Shown in pieces: positions 14,611-29,300 of a stretch of DNA of 64,000 bases. Made by a program: the position numbers and the translations under genes. The notes under the pieces are model-generated. The model did not search any database. It had not been told where the DNA came from and was given only the letters and a program-made list of their open reading frames with translations. The stretch's first letter is position 1. Each line of letters opens with the position of its first letter. The stretch is taken from positions 18,786,001 to 18,850,000 of the forward strand of contig NC_043012.1 in assembly GCF_006345805.1 (NCBI RefSeq). Direction: 5' to 3'. This DNA is from Octopus sinensis (lineage: Eukaryota).

Positions 14611-15342
14611 TATATATTATATTATATATATAATATATATATATAGATATTATATATATATATATATATATACATATTGTGTGTGTGTATATATATATGA
14701 CACGCCGGAGACAAGCATCATTCCATCACTCACAGTGAAAGAGAAACGCGGGAGAGAATCTCTGTCTATCAAGCAATTACGTTTAAGTTTTACCTTCAAA
14801 ACTTCCTACTTTGTATCCTATTTACTGAATTCAAAATGGAGAATCAGTGTAAAAATTTTAAAAAAAATATGAATTACTTAGAGAAGTGAATTATTTGCTA
14901 GCAGTCAGAATCCGTTTTCTGTTTTTAAAATTTTGTTTTGTTTTCTTTTGTTATTCAACAGTGTCTGAATATAAAACTGAGCTTGTGGAAAGAATGATTC
15001 TGATACTTTTGTTTAGATACTTTATATAACACAAGTTGTGATGTACAATACTTTCTTGTATATATTACACCCTATTTCACGATGTAAATCGATTTTATTT
15101 TCATAAATAAGCATTAGACAAAAATACAAAATCAGTGGTATTGTATAAATACTTCGCCGGTGTTCATGTCGGAACAAATTCATCGGCACCTCAGGATGGA
15201 TTATGGGGGATACGTAAGACAACACTGTTTTGTAATATTTTTTTTTTGTTTGAAGATGCGATAATTATTGTATTAAACTACTTATATTTCTGTCACTATG
15301 TCGTTGAAGGGTTATGACAGTTCCATCAGTTCCAGCGCTGAA

Positions 15343-15460
15343 TCTGTACTCATTTTATCGACTCATCAAGGATAAAAGGTGAAATCGAGATTGAACTCAG
15401 AACATAAAGACGGACGACACTCCGCATTTTTGTCCGGTGTGCTAACTTTTCGACCAGCTG
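15343..15460 (-). mobile_element. Degenerate SINE, family of 30659-30888
   Basis: tgaactcagaac.taa.gacggacga.a..ccgc..ttt.gtccggtgtgctaac matches the reverse complement of the 30.7 kb copy. Confidence 0.7.
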
Positions 15461-15484
15461 ACTTCTCTATATTTCATCATTAAA

Positions 15485-15690
15485 TTTTGGCACACGGCCA
15501 GTGATTGCGAGTAAGGAAGTAATAAGTCAATTTCATCGACCCCAGTGTATTGCTGTTATCTATTTCTTCTAGCCGCAACAAAATGATAGAAAATGTCGTC
15601 TATTGTGGCAATTCAACCCAGAACGTAAAGACGGACGAAATGTCGTGAATTATTTCGCCCAGCATACGAACGATTCTCTCTACTCACTGC
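15485..15690 (-). mobile_element. Second tandem degenerate SINE, same family
   Basis: catcgacccagtgt..., aattcaacccagaacgtaaagacggacgaaatg...tttcgcccagcat..aacgattct. Confidence 0.7.
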
Positions 15691-16394
15691 ATTAAACCAC
15701 ATCATACTAATATTAATGTAACCCGTTATACACGCCGACCCACTAACTTCCTTGCTATTTTGTGAAGAGGAATAAAATACACAATTTGATGACTATAGGA
15801 TGAATCCATGCTCTGCATGTAATGATAAATTTGGTTAGGTGTAGAATGAAAATGACTCCTCAGTACAGCTGATGTTTTTGTGGTTGTATTTCAAACGGGA
15901 ACACATCTGGCCAATGTTGAAAATTTAGTGGATTTCACAATTGAAAGTAATTTTATTTCTGTATATGCTATACCAACTGGTATATTAAGGTTGTTAAGCT
16001 CCCGTTGAAATAAATTTTATATATTTTATATTATAATTGTTGAGCATTGTTGCTGCTATTTACAGATTTCCAACGAGAAAATCCATTTTCGTTTTTTCAT
16101 ATTTAAAAAAAGATAATTTTGCTTTCTGAATGCAACACTCTCAAAGGGTTTTCAGTGCATTGCAGATATATTGAAGTACTTCTAGTAACGTCAGGAGAAA
16201 ATGGCACTTTTTGCAGATGTCGCTGTTGTTTACACGCCTTCGATATAAACCATTGTAAAATATAACCATCTGGTCTTAGGCCCCATTTTTGACATAAAGG
16301 TTCACATAATTTTCCAATTTGCTAGTTTGAAAAGCTTCTCCACAATAACTAATTCCCCCTTTCTCTCTCCCCACTTACCATTTTTCTCTCTCTC

Positions 16395-16554
16395 TATATA
16401 TATTGTATATAATATATATATCTATATTATATATATATAATATATATAATATATGTATATATATATGTATAGATATATATATATATTATGTATATATATA
16501 TTATATATATATATATGTATATATATATATAAATATGTATATATATATATGTAA

Positions 16555-16587
<33 letters not shown>

Positions 16588-16696
16588 TAATATGATATAT
16601 ATATAATAATATATATATAAATATTATATATATACTAGGTATATATATATTATGTATATATATAATATATATATATGTATATATAAATGATATATA

Positions 16697-16786
<90 letters not shown>

Positions 16787-16790
16787 CATA
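16395..16790. repeat. Long imperfect (TA)n microsatellite
   Basis: Direct reading. One of many similar tracts (e.g. 12675-12862, 14265-14425, 21075-21280, 25980-26345). Confidence 0.98.
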
Positions 16791-19200
16791 TGTTTATGTA
16801 TATGTATATGTAGATATATGCATATATATATTTGTAATTTCCCGAAAGAAAGAATATTAAGTTCAAATAACCACCGTCAAGATCGTCGGCATATTTTTTT
16901 CTGTATATTTTATGTATTTTGTGCTATTACTTTCACTATGACTTTTCACGTCAGCTGATTTTGTTGGTGCCATAGCTGTTGCAACCAGAAATAAACTCTT
17001 TGAAAAATTCGATAATATTATAAAATAAAATCTAGATCAAATCAAGAAAATTATTTCTTTTATTTCTGGTGCTCATTCACCTATTTCCTCTCTAGCGCTT
17101 AACTTCCTTCCACCACTTTTACTATTATGCTTCAGTTGGTAGCTGAATAGCTCTAACATAAGCAGGTCTAAAATCGCTTGCTTTTGACATGTGGCTGTTA
17201 CATGTACTTATTTTTAACTAATAAGATAAGTGAATGAGAAATAAGAAATGTATGGGATTTTAGAATATTTCTTTTTTTCTGAGAGAAATATTTTTGAAAT
17301 AGAAATAATGGAAAAGTGTCACAAATCATTCAGACATAATAACAAAATATATTTAAGACTATAGTTTTCTGCGTTTCATAAAGAATTAAGTATAAATATG
17401 GATAATGAATTCACAGTCTACAATGGATACTGTTTTCTTACGATTATCATTATTATTTTTAATGGAAATCTTATCATTATTATTAGTGTTTGTCTTTACT
17501 TGTTTTGTTATTTTGACCTTCGTCTCAGTGAAAGAAAGTAAATAATAATTACCATATACGTGGCAAGAAATTTTAGTAGGTCTTATATAACTTCAAATAG
17601 TAGAGGTGATGGTATTGGTAGTTGTAAAAGTAATAGTAGTAGCGGTAGTAGTAGACTACACAATTACTGAAATGTTTTGTTGCTGCTACTCTGGCGATTA
17701 GTAATATTTTCAATTAATTAATTTAAAGTTAGTGAAAGAACATACGATGGAATCACATTTTCCACCGACTAATGGACATAAAAGTAATAATTAAAATAAT
17801 GTATATTAGAATAGGAATCTAATTGAGGAAACTAATTATATTCCCCACAAGAATTAACACCGAATTATTTTATGGTTTGGTTGTAGCTATGACAAAAGTT
17901 ATAAATTAGAATCAAATCAATCAATTTGTTATTTTGGTAATGCTTTCTTTTTTTTCTTTTCGCAGAATAAACATTTTGCTATTTTTTAATTACAGTAAAA
18001 GAAAAAAAACATACGAGAAATAAATAACAATTTGGATACAATATAAAAGAAATTCAAAGGTCAATCAGCAAAAAATAATTATATTGTCTTTGTGCTTCTT
18101 TGTAGAAAACTATTTGAACAGTCTTTACAAAGTGACAACTGACATTTTGACATTAAACGTTGTAAATGTTCGTGTTATAAATGTTGATTTTGTTGTTGTT
18201 GCTGATGTCGTCTTGTTCTATTTGGTGTCTATCCCTAGGTCAGCCCTGACTAATCAAAGCTCTTCAAGATGAACATTCAGTCTTTGATGAAACCCCTTCA
18301 TTATTTAATCATTTCCTTATTGTTCGAAATAATAATGTTTCCCCTCACTCATGTTTAATCGGTAAGATACGGTGAAAAATTATTTCCCGTTATTTCTAAT
18401 AGATACTATCGACTAGGTACAAATCATCACATTTTGGCTGGAGTAATATTTCCCTTATATGTCACAGTATGTTAGTCAGTTGGTGGTTTCCATAAGTGAC
18501 GGTGTTACATGGCATAGAAGTAAATAAGTTGTTAGGTGAAATTCATGATTGATCGTGAAAGAAATTTCAGAAGCATATTTTCATCGTAAATCAAACAAAT
18601 CAATCTTTATTTCACAATATATGTTGACCTAGCCTCGATACGTCCATAAAAATATGCAAAACTAAAACTCACAGTATAGTGATAGCATATACTATATTTT
18701 AATGATATTGTTTGCCCAATATTATCAAGTATATCGTAGAAATTCATCGATAAATTGTCAAAATGCTGCAGGTGAAACTGCTGTTGAGTGAATACTACTG
18801 TAGTAATATATTTGCGAGTCTAACGTAAAAGAATATTACACGTAACATTCAACAATGCGTATTGTCATATATGATAGACATCAGAAGTGAAGGTAATTTA
18901 ACATTTCAATTCAGATATCTACTTTTATTTACATTGAATGTGATGGGCTAAATTAGATCAATTCTCCAAATCCATTAGAAATATTCCTCTGTTGAGAACA
19001 ATACACATTAAAAATACATACACAAACGTAACCATATCATTACATGCATACATACACACACACAGACACCCACACATATATATATATATATATATATATC
19101 TGTATATATATGCATGTATGTATATATATATATGTAGATATCTGTGTGTGTGTCTGTGTGTAATAAATATGTATGTATGTATGTATGTATGTATATTATG

Positions 19201-19235
<35 letters not shown>

Positions 19236-19489
19236 ATCATTACCTGTGAGGCTTTTATTCCAATCCTGGCCACCTGATACGATCGTCATTATATTCACTG
19301 CGGCGGTATTTTGAGCATATCGTACGAGGACATTTAGGCAGGCAATTAAAGTGTTCGTGTGCATACGGTCATATATAATTATGAATACGTCCATATATTT
19401 AAGTATTCGTATGTTGCATACATATATACAAATACTACATACATATATATATAATATATATATATATAATATATATATATATATATAAT

Positions 19490-19521
<32 letters not shown>

Positions 19522-19564
19522 GTGTGTGGTGGTGTGTGTATGTATTTATGTGGTATCAGAGTAT

Positions 19565-19622
19565 ATTCCCCTGATGAGGTAAAGCATTTCTTACGCAAAG
19601 CCAGAAATCCGGGATCTGGAAT
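19565..19622 (+). ncRNA. Candidate type I hammerhead ribozyme
   Basis: attccc CTGATGA [GGT...GCC A] GAAA TC-CGG-GAT C tggaat. Core boxes are intact, stem III pairs ATC/GAT, the cleavage triplet is AUC, and stem I has 5 bp plus a C-U mismatch. Confidence 0.5.
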
Positions 19623-19865
19623 TAGCAAGTAATTTTTTTTGCTAGTTTATTTGTCTTCTCTCCCGGTGCACTATGAACATTTGATGTGGATTTAGAGTCA
19701 AGAATTGGCTGCTATATCTAGCATGGTGGTATCTCGTAGATGCCCTTAATTATAGTTTTAGTAATAATTATTATTCTTGAGGCTTTTATTCCCACACTGG
19801 TCACCTGATAAGACCGGCATTTTAATTAACGTTCTTACCCTTATTTATATAATTTGATATGTATA

Positions 19866-19879
19866 TATGTATATCTATG

Positions 19880-19912
<33 letters not shown>

Positions 19913-19915
19913 CTA

Positions 19916-19970
<55 letters not shown>
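19866..19970. repeat. (TATC)n tetranucleotide microsatellite
   Basis: Direct reading. A similar tract lies at ~25105-25190. Confidence 0.97.
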
Positions 19971-19972
<2 letters not shown>

Positions 19973-19984
19973 ATCCACCTCTCT

Positions 19985-20033
<49 letters not shown>

Positions 20034-21076
20034 GGGGGTGTATTTGTATGTCTATCTATATTTCCATATGCATGTTTCTATCTATCTATCTATACGTATA
20101 TGCATATATATATATATATATTATATATATATATATATATACATATATGCATTAAGTATTTATGTTTATGTGAACATCAGTGTGTGTGTGTGTGTAAACA
20201 AGCAGATAATATTGATGAACATATATCTCTCTGGGTGTGGCTGTGTACATGACATATTTGAATATGGTTTATTTCTTCTTTTCTCTTATAAACAATGGTA
20301 ATTGCTATTTCCACTTACATTTTATAGCCATTCCTACATATCTTTAGTCTATATATCCATACATAAAATAGAATATGGTCAACGGTGAATTTGGAACCAT
20401 GATAGATTTCTTTGGCTATAGAAACTGTGGGATATTATCATAAATCTCATGCATTCCTTCGGTTGACTTTGCTGGAAGTTAAATTATTTCTTCTCTTCGT
20501 AGTTAAGAATAAAGAATTAAAAAACGGTATACGATGAAAGTATGATACACTAATTTGTGGCTTTGGTTTATTGAATTCTTCACATTGAATGATCAACTAA
20601 TGTTCGGAAAGAGTTATTCTAATTTTACCAAGAATTTAAAGAAACTTGGAATGATTTTTATGAATTTCGCCAACTGTTTTCATAGATTCAAATCATATTC
20701 CAGTTATTTCGTCCTCTATTATATTCATACACATGACCAGTGATTTTTTGCTTTAAGCGGTAATGTATAATTGTAATAATGTTCCTTTAGTTCCATCGAC
20801 AATTAATGGGAAAAAGAGCTCTGTGATCAATATACATTCGGTTCGAGGGAGATATGCAGAACACAAATTTCTGCCTCGACGCAGTATTTGATAATTTCGT
20901 AAATAGGTCACAAAAAGCAAAAAAAATAAACAGAAAAAAATAGTAGAACTGGACTATTGGTGGTATTTTTGTGGAGATATCTTAATACTTCTATTATTAG
21001 AAATTCTCTTATTGCATATGCGCACGATACCATCAATTGAATGCTTCTTACGCGCTCACACTCGTTAACATATTCC

Positions 21077-21119
<43 letters not shown>

Positions 21120-21253
21120 TCCTAAATATAAAATATATATAATATATGTATATATATACACATATATAATTATATATATATACACAAACATATATATATA
21201 TATATATATATATATCTATATATATATATAATATATATAATATATATATATAT

Positions 21254-21284
<31 letters not shown>

Positions 21285-21312
21285 GTGGTGTATATCTCTC
21301 TCTATATATATA

Positions 21313-21400
21313 CTTTTCATTTCCCGAGCGTTATGCTAATACATTTATTTGTTGTTTACACCACCTGTCTTCGCCTTTTGTTTTTGGGGGAGTTCTCCGT
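21313..21400 (+). mobile_element. Fragment of short repeat family B (see 45592-45750)
   Basis: Reverse complement aaaacaaaaggcgaagacaggtggtgtaaacaacaaataaatgtattagcataacgctcggg matches the 45.6 kb copy. Confidence 0.75.
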
Positions 21401-21414
21401 TATATATATATATA

Positions 21415-21630
21415 GTTATTAATCCAAACAAGGAAGACAAAAAAACACAACAACGCAGGACGTGAACAAATATAGTATTATTGACGCTCATTGAAATAAG
21501 GAAAGAAGGAGGGTTTCAATACCGTGTCGAGCGGAGCTCTTTCGTCGGAAACATAGGAGAAGGAAAAGAACCAGTGAAGGAAAGACAGAATGAAAAACAA
21601 TCGCCAACGGTACACACGCGAGTATATTGA

Positions 21631-21632
<2 letters not shown>
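21415..21632 (-). mobile_element. Short repeat family A copy (see 57680-57950) with degenerate HHR motif
   Basis: aatccaaaca..caacgcaggacgtgaacaaatatagtattattgacgctca..gagcggagctctttcgtcggaaacataggagaagg..aatcgccaacggtacacacgc matches the reverse complement of the 57.8 kb copy. Confidence 0.85.
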
Positions 21633-21661
<29 letters not shown>

Positions 21662-21904
21662 TATATATATATAATATATATATATATATACATGTTTATA
21701 TATCATTTAACTTTCGTTCATTTGATCTTGTAAACCATTAAACCATACGCATTTGTTTTATCCCTAAGGAAGGGAGTAAAAGATGGAAGGAAAGAAGAAG
21801 AAAGAAGCATAAATGTACATAGTTCAACTTTCCGTTGTTAACATTCTAAAATCTACACACACCGGTTTTTATCGCATTACGAATTTTTTTTATATATATA
21901 CACA

Positions 21905-22250
21905 GGTGGATAATAGTCGGAGCCCCCTTCGGTTTTGACTGACCATGGGATTGCACCTTGAAAATTAACCTCCGAGGCACAAGTCTGAGTAAGGTGACTT
22001 ATGGAAGACCAGCAGTCGATCATGCATACCAGCTTCCCCTCTCCGTGTCAGGGATGTTATCCACGGGAAAGGCAAAGGCTGATACAGCTTGGAATCAGTG
22101 ACGTCGCAACTCATTTCTACAACTGAGTGAACTGCAGAAACGTGAAATAATGTGTCTTGCTCAAGAACACTACACGCAGCCCGGTCCAGGATTCGAACTC
22201 ACAGCCTGATGGTCGTAAGATCGACGCTCTAACTACTGAGCCATGCGCCT
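21905..22250 (-). mobile_element. tRNA-derived SINE
   Basis: Minus-strand head ggcgcatggctcagtagttagagcgtcg...gtgagttcgaatcctggaccggg carries Pol III A and B boxes, followed by a non-tRNA body. Confidence 0.85.
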
Positions 22251-22960
22251 TCATGGATAGATAGGAAAATATAACTATATATATAATATCCATTCATACA
22301 TAAATATATTATATATACATATATACACTTATAATATACCTGTGCGTGTATGTCTGTGTTCGTGTGTGTGTGTGTATGTGTCAGTTTGTGGGTGCGCGCG
22401 CGGATTTACGTGAACAGAACTGACGGACTCGTCATTCTTTATGCTTACTGAATTAGATTCATATTTTATTGGAATCAAGCTGTTCAAAACCAACAAAATT
22501 GATCGTCACACAAAATAGGCGTCTTCTTTGTCTTTTCCCAAATGATCGTAGTACTATATGATAATGTACATATATTCAGACTTCCTAACTTGCCGTTTTC
22601 TGCTTTTACAGCCGCCATATTTCAATCATTCATATTAGATATGCATATCTCTAGAAGAAGAATTAAAAATTTAACCTTTATTGTAATGCACAATTAATAT
22701 ATTATTCTTGTAAGTGACGTTCACTACGTCTGTCAAGAATAGAATTATTTTGTTTTCTATTTCTCAATTTCGAACTCCATTATGACTACGCCTTACACTT
22801 GAAAGAAATTGTCTCCAGTTGCCATAAACTCTATAATGAAGATAGCGTTTTAGACATGACAGAGGAGATTAATTAAATAACTATGCAACTCTCGACATTC
22901 TTACCTTTTAATCTTCTATCCTCCATATACACATATGTATGAATAACTCTGTAGGTGTGC

Positions 22961-23005
<45 letters not shown>

Positions 23006-23135
23006 TATATATTATATATATATATATATAATATATATATATATTATATAATATATATATATATATATTCAATGTATTATATACCGAAAAGAAGCACATT
23101 TAAAGCATAGACCAGTAATGTAATTATATGCAGTT

Positions 23136-23299
23136 GAGTCTATGTCCGGTCATAGAGTGACCAAAGGATTCGATTCCCTAAAGGGCTGAGACTCTAAAGC
23201 CGAACAGCTATATGTTTATAGAGTCTAAGTCACCGTCTATGTCCCTGAACCTTTTATGGATGCGAAACCATTGGTCACTCTATGACCAGACGGAGACTT
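23136..23299. mobile_element. MITE-like fold-back element
   Basis: 29-bp terminal inverted repeats (23136-23164 / 23271-23299, 25/29 match) plus an inner inverted repeat agactcta...tagagtct. Confidence 0.7.
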
Positions 23300-23540
23300 A
23301 AGAGCATACCCACACAGACACACCACACACACACAGACACACACGTATATATATATATATTGAACACCTTGATATTTGGTAATGTATGAGTATCAATCTA
23401 CCTGTCAATATACCACTCTGTTTCTCTCTTTTAACCCCTCCTCAATATATACACATGTATGCGTATATATATATATTGCTACATATATGTATGTATCTGT
23501 ATAAACACACACACATATATATGTATGCATAGTTAGATAC

Positions 23541-23582
<42 letters not shown>

Positions 23583-24183
23583 GTGTGTGTGTGTTTGTGT
23601 GTATGTGTGTGAATATGTGTGTATGTGTGCTTCTTGCATTATATGCATACACACAATTAGTCGGAATGATGCGCATTCACTAAGATTGTCTTTGTACTTC
23701 AGGGATGAAAATGTCTGCAGATAAGCAAAGAAAAATCAATCATGCTTCTTAGCCTTTTCACAGAGACATGTAATCAATTACAAGAGTCGTTTACCTTTCA
23801 TCCATTCCTTTTTCCAAAACCGTCGCTAATATTTTTTTTTCAGTAAACATCGCTTATGTCACGATAACCTTTATTTGTAAGAGGTGATGTTATTTCTACA
23901 AGAAGAAAATATTTTATATAAATATTCATTGAAATATTTCACATTTTAGTATTGTATCGGTGTAGAACATCCGTTTGTTTTTTCTGTACATCCATCGAAG
24001 TTATTGTATTTGAAAATCTCTCACTCTGTTTGACCCAAATTCACATCGTTTACACAACACACACACACGCACACACATAGAGCCACCAACACACACTCAC
24101 ACTCATATATACACACATACATTTTTATAAATATATATATAGATATGTGTGAATAATATATATACACAGATAGAGATGTATAT

Positions 24184-24254
<71 letters not shown>

Positions 24255-24298
24255 TACGTACACAGCACACACCGCACACACACACACACACACATATT

Positions 24299-24330
<32 letters not shown>

Positions 24331-25111
24331 TGGAAGAGAGATAGAAATATAGATATATATATGTATTAATATTAAACACACTCGCTAGTATACATTCACA
24401 AATTTATACATATATATATATATATACACTCATAGATTTACATATATGTATTTGTTTCTATGCTGTTTTCCTCCTTCTGGCTTGTTATTATTCCTCCCTA
24501 TTATTTTTGAAGCCAGCTAAATGATAGTTGTAGGAAACATAATGAAAAGTATTACACTTCCCATTCGCAATATATTTTCTGCAAGCGAACCATTCATTTT
24601 TTTTTTTCAATGTGTCTGCCTAAGCTTTGATGTCACTCATACGATCAACTACGTTACTGCTGAGAAGATATTAATGGTAATGGGCAAGAATCAATAGATT
24701 ATTTTCCTACAAAACGTGTTCTTGACTTGATGCGATAAAAGAGAAGACAAAGAAAATAAAGAAAGAATGAACGTATGATTGATGCTCTGTGAACATAAGA
24801 GCGGGGAGTAAGGAAAACATGTCGAAAGAGGAAAAACCGAAGTTAATGTTTGATGCAGTAATCTATTCTGTGCGTGCCTGGTCGCGTAGGCGTGCATATG
24901 ATAGTTGAGGAATTTTGTATGTGGATGCCTGTATCATTGTATATAGGCTTGTATGGATGTCTATGACGAGTGTAGGAGTGTATGCCATCGGTGAATACGT
25001 ATGCATGTGTGTCTTTCAGGAACGAAGGAATTTGAGAAACAGTTGGTTATAATCAGTTCGCTGACACTGACAACAGGTGTGTGAATGTGTGCATATCTAA
25101 CTAAGTATCTA

Positions 25112-25246
<135 letters not shown>

Positions 25247-25358
25247 ATCCTATATCTATCTATTCATAACCTGTATGGTGTTTGCACGTGTGTGTGCGCG
25301 TGAGCCTATGTGTCTTTGTGTGTAAGTTATATTCCTTCTTTTTTCTCCTTCTTATACA

Positions 25359-25418
<60 letters not shown>

Positions 25419-25783
25419 CATGAATGTGGGTCGATATAGTATGCACAATTGACTACGAATAGTGAGCGATATGTAAATGTATTAGTTTTTTTTTATATGT
25501 TCTTGAAGCGTTTCTAAAATTGGACTCCTTCGAAATGGGAAGGTGTTGTATTATATGAAAAAAAGAGTACGGAGATGTAGTTAGTAATAAGAGCTCGATA
25601 TGGAGAATTGAAGGGAACGATCAAAGTGGAGGAAAACAAAAGGGAGAAAAAGATCTAGAATTATGATTTGTTTCTGTGTACTTATGTATGGAATATAGAT
25701 ATGCATGTTTATAGGCATACACATATATGGAGATATTCACGCACACACTCACACAGACATAGTACAAATATATATATATATAC

Positions 25784-25852
<69 letters not shown>

Positions 25853-26013
25853 GTACATATGTACATACATATGTATATATGAGCGTTTGTATGCAACCAA
25901 TAAATAAGTACACATAAGCATATATATGCATAAATTTATGCATATATAAATCAATATATATATATATATATATATATAATTTAAACTTATAAGTATGTAC
26001 AGATAATATATAT

Positions 26014-26062
<49 letters not shown>

Positions 26063-26083
26063 ATATATATATATATATTATAT

Positions 26084-26118
<35 letters not shown>

Positions 26119-26136
26119 CTATATATATATATATAT

Positions 26137-26169
<33 letters not shown>

Positions 26170-26315
26170 GTATTATATATATATATATGCATATATATAT
26201 AGGTATATGTATATATATATATCTATATATATATATATGTATTATATATATACATATATATATATATATATGCATATATATATAGGTATATGTATATATA
26301 TACACACACACAAAC

Positions 26316-26346
<31 letters not shown>

Positions 26347-29300
26347 AATATGGATGCATATATAATGTATTCAGTTCTTTCTGTGGTAGAAAATAAGTAT
26401 ATGTTGTCGTGTTCATAATACTTTGACTGGGAAACTCTGCAGCTGCTGAATTTCTTATTTCATTATTTCATCGTTTTCCTACCTAGATGGGTACAATTGC
26501 CCAAGGACGATATCTCTTTGTCTTGAACATTAAGATAACAGAGTTTAACCCTAACAAATTAAGACATCAAAGATAAACTGGACAATATACATATGCATTA
26601 CACCGGGATTCTGTTATTATTATTTTAATTTTTTTTCTGTCAGTACCACGGCAGCATACATTGGCATTTGGATTGATAATGTAAAAGCGATAACCTAAAG
26701 GACGGAACGTAGATAGCATATGAAATGTAGATAACCTGTATATGCATGTAGCAAAATCGATACATGTGTGTGCATGTATACATATAAATATAATGCGTAG
26801 GCACACTGTCACACAAACACACACACACGCATACATACGCACATATATATGAATATAGATGTATTTTCATATACGTGTTTACATATGTACTTATATGTTT
26901 ACACATGCGCACGTAAAGACGCATTTTCTCTCTCTCTCTCTTTACCACACTCTCTTTCTTTCTTTCTTTCTTTCACTCTCTCCCTCACTCTGCATATATA
27001 TATATGCATATGTATAGGTATATGTAGTATTGTTACCTTTATTTCGTCAGTGTTCTTATTGAATTGTGGCTTTGCTGGGTCACCACATTTTAGGCTATCA
27101 TAAATTGCATCGATCCCTGTACATACTTTACAGTTAATAATTATGTTATCGATATATATATATACAGGCACAGAGAGAGAGTGTGTGACAGGGAAAACTG
27201 CAAGAAATATGGAATAAAAAATAAGAATGAATGATACGGGAGATAAAGGCGACTAACAACAGCGGTTTCTTAGGTTATCTTATTCAATCCACAGCCGTTA
27301 TGAAAATACAGTTAAAGTGAGGTATTTTGTTTCCGAGAATTGGATAAAATAAATAGCTTGCAACGTGACTCACACACAGTCAGTCAGTCAGTCACTCACT
27401 CACTTACACACACACAGAAAGTCAGTCACTCACACACTCGCGCACACACATACACACACGCACAAACACACACATTAGTGCAGTATTGTTCCCAATATGC
27501 ATTCTGTCATATGTATATATTTATATATGTGTGTGTGTGTGTGTATGCATATATACATATATATGTGTTTGTGTGCATGTATATGTATGTATATGTGTGT
27601 ATGTGTGTATGTATGTGTGTGTGTGTTTCATATATATATGTATGAATATGTGTGCTTTGCAAAAGTTACCGACGGTGGATTTTTTTATTTGTAATGTAAT
27701 AAATGTAGTTTTTTTTTATATATCTTGAACGCTGATACTCCACTCCCAATAATATTACTGGCTATTTTATTTCATGAAGTTTGCTGTAGAAATATTCTGA
27801 TGTGTTTAAAATTGCACGATTAAAAGAACATTGACTATTGGCTAATATATATATGAGACATATTTACAAAAGTGCTCAGTGCAAATATGCTTATCAACAT
27901 TCCATGTACATGCCTGTTGGCTTACTCCCATTTTCATTTCCTTCAACAGTGTGTCATACAAATTTTTCTGCCTATAAATTATCAATAATTTTTTACTCGA
28001 AATATTTCAATTCAGTTTACTATGAATATGTATCATAATCTTAATCGTCGAATAAAATCTATTATATTTTTGCCAAGAGTTATTTAAGAATTTTACTCAC
28101 TAGTATCAATATTAGATCGTTAAAATATTTTCCATTTCCTTTATGAATTTTATGAATTCTATTTAAACATTTATTGGTAAACGTGTAAACTTTGGGCTAT
28201 TTAGTATAGCAGGATGGTTTTCTTTTTCCTGTAGTTTCAACTCAGAACTGCGGCCATGCTGATGCACCAATTATATATATAGAACAAAGAATCATTATCT
28301 CTCTCTATACCAGATAAAATACTGCAATAATAATTACTGATTGGCAAATGGGAAGAAAAGTAAACAAATGGTGGTAAAAACCCGCTTAAAATAGAGTTTA
28401 GAGGATTTTAAATATTTTAGATTTAAAAGAGATTTGTAAAACTCATGGAAATATGCATTGTTTATATAATTCAAGTTTACATGATGAGAAAATCTTCAAG
28501 CAAAGAAAGATGGCGTGTGTTTGAATGATAAATATTATTTTCCATTTATGTAGTCGAAGAAATATTTGATTTTATAGACAAGTCTTACTGAATCACTTAC
28601 TACATTGTACTGTCAAGATGTAAAATTTCCTATTTATGTCAGATTTCACAATATTGATTTCTTCGAAAATGTAAAATAACGGAAAAGCAGTGTGATTACA
28701 TAACATGCAGAATATTCCTAAGCAGATTAATCATATGTCTACGAACGAGAATCATTGTATGGTCACTTTGTTTGTCGATATAATACAAAACCAAATATCA
28801 AACAAGATGAAGCATGTTCCGATTTAATCCCTATCTAAATAGCATTAGCAATGAGAATGAATTGACATTAATCGGCGGTTAAATACCGAATTAAGAATTC
28901 GAATCACTAGGAGATTATTTTTTCGTTACACAAGCTCATAAAACTCAAAGCTGTTTTACTTCTCCTAGTCCAATAATATTAAATTTGGGTAATATCGTTT
29001 GAAAAGGTATCAGTGGAGTAGAAATTTCAGCTAAAAGAAATTCGCAGGAGCTTATGTATTTCTATATAACCCATAGTTGACTTCTGTTCCAATGAACAAT
29101 GAAAACTAATATGACAATATATCTGATGAATCATTTGTATGACAAAAGTAAGCTATAAATGTCTTCAACCGTTATTCGAAATTACCACTCACTCTTCCAA
29201 ATCCCTCTCCAAGAGACAAGAACAACTGTTTTGTAAACGTAAGTATGATAGGGTATTTTAACTAGGTTATGTTTGGGGAGAATTAGTTGCAAAAACAGAA

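Noticed and set aside
29139-29238. ATG-to-donor (C|gtaagt) mini-exon MTKVSYKCLQPLFEITTHSSKSLSKRQEQLFCK
   Set aside because: The only support is a strong donor; no phase-compatible partner exon or homology was found.
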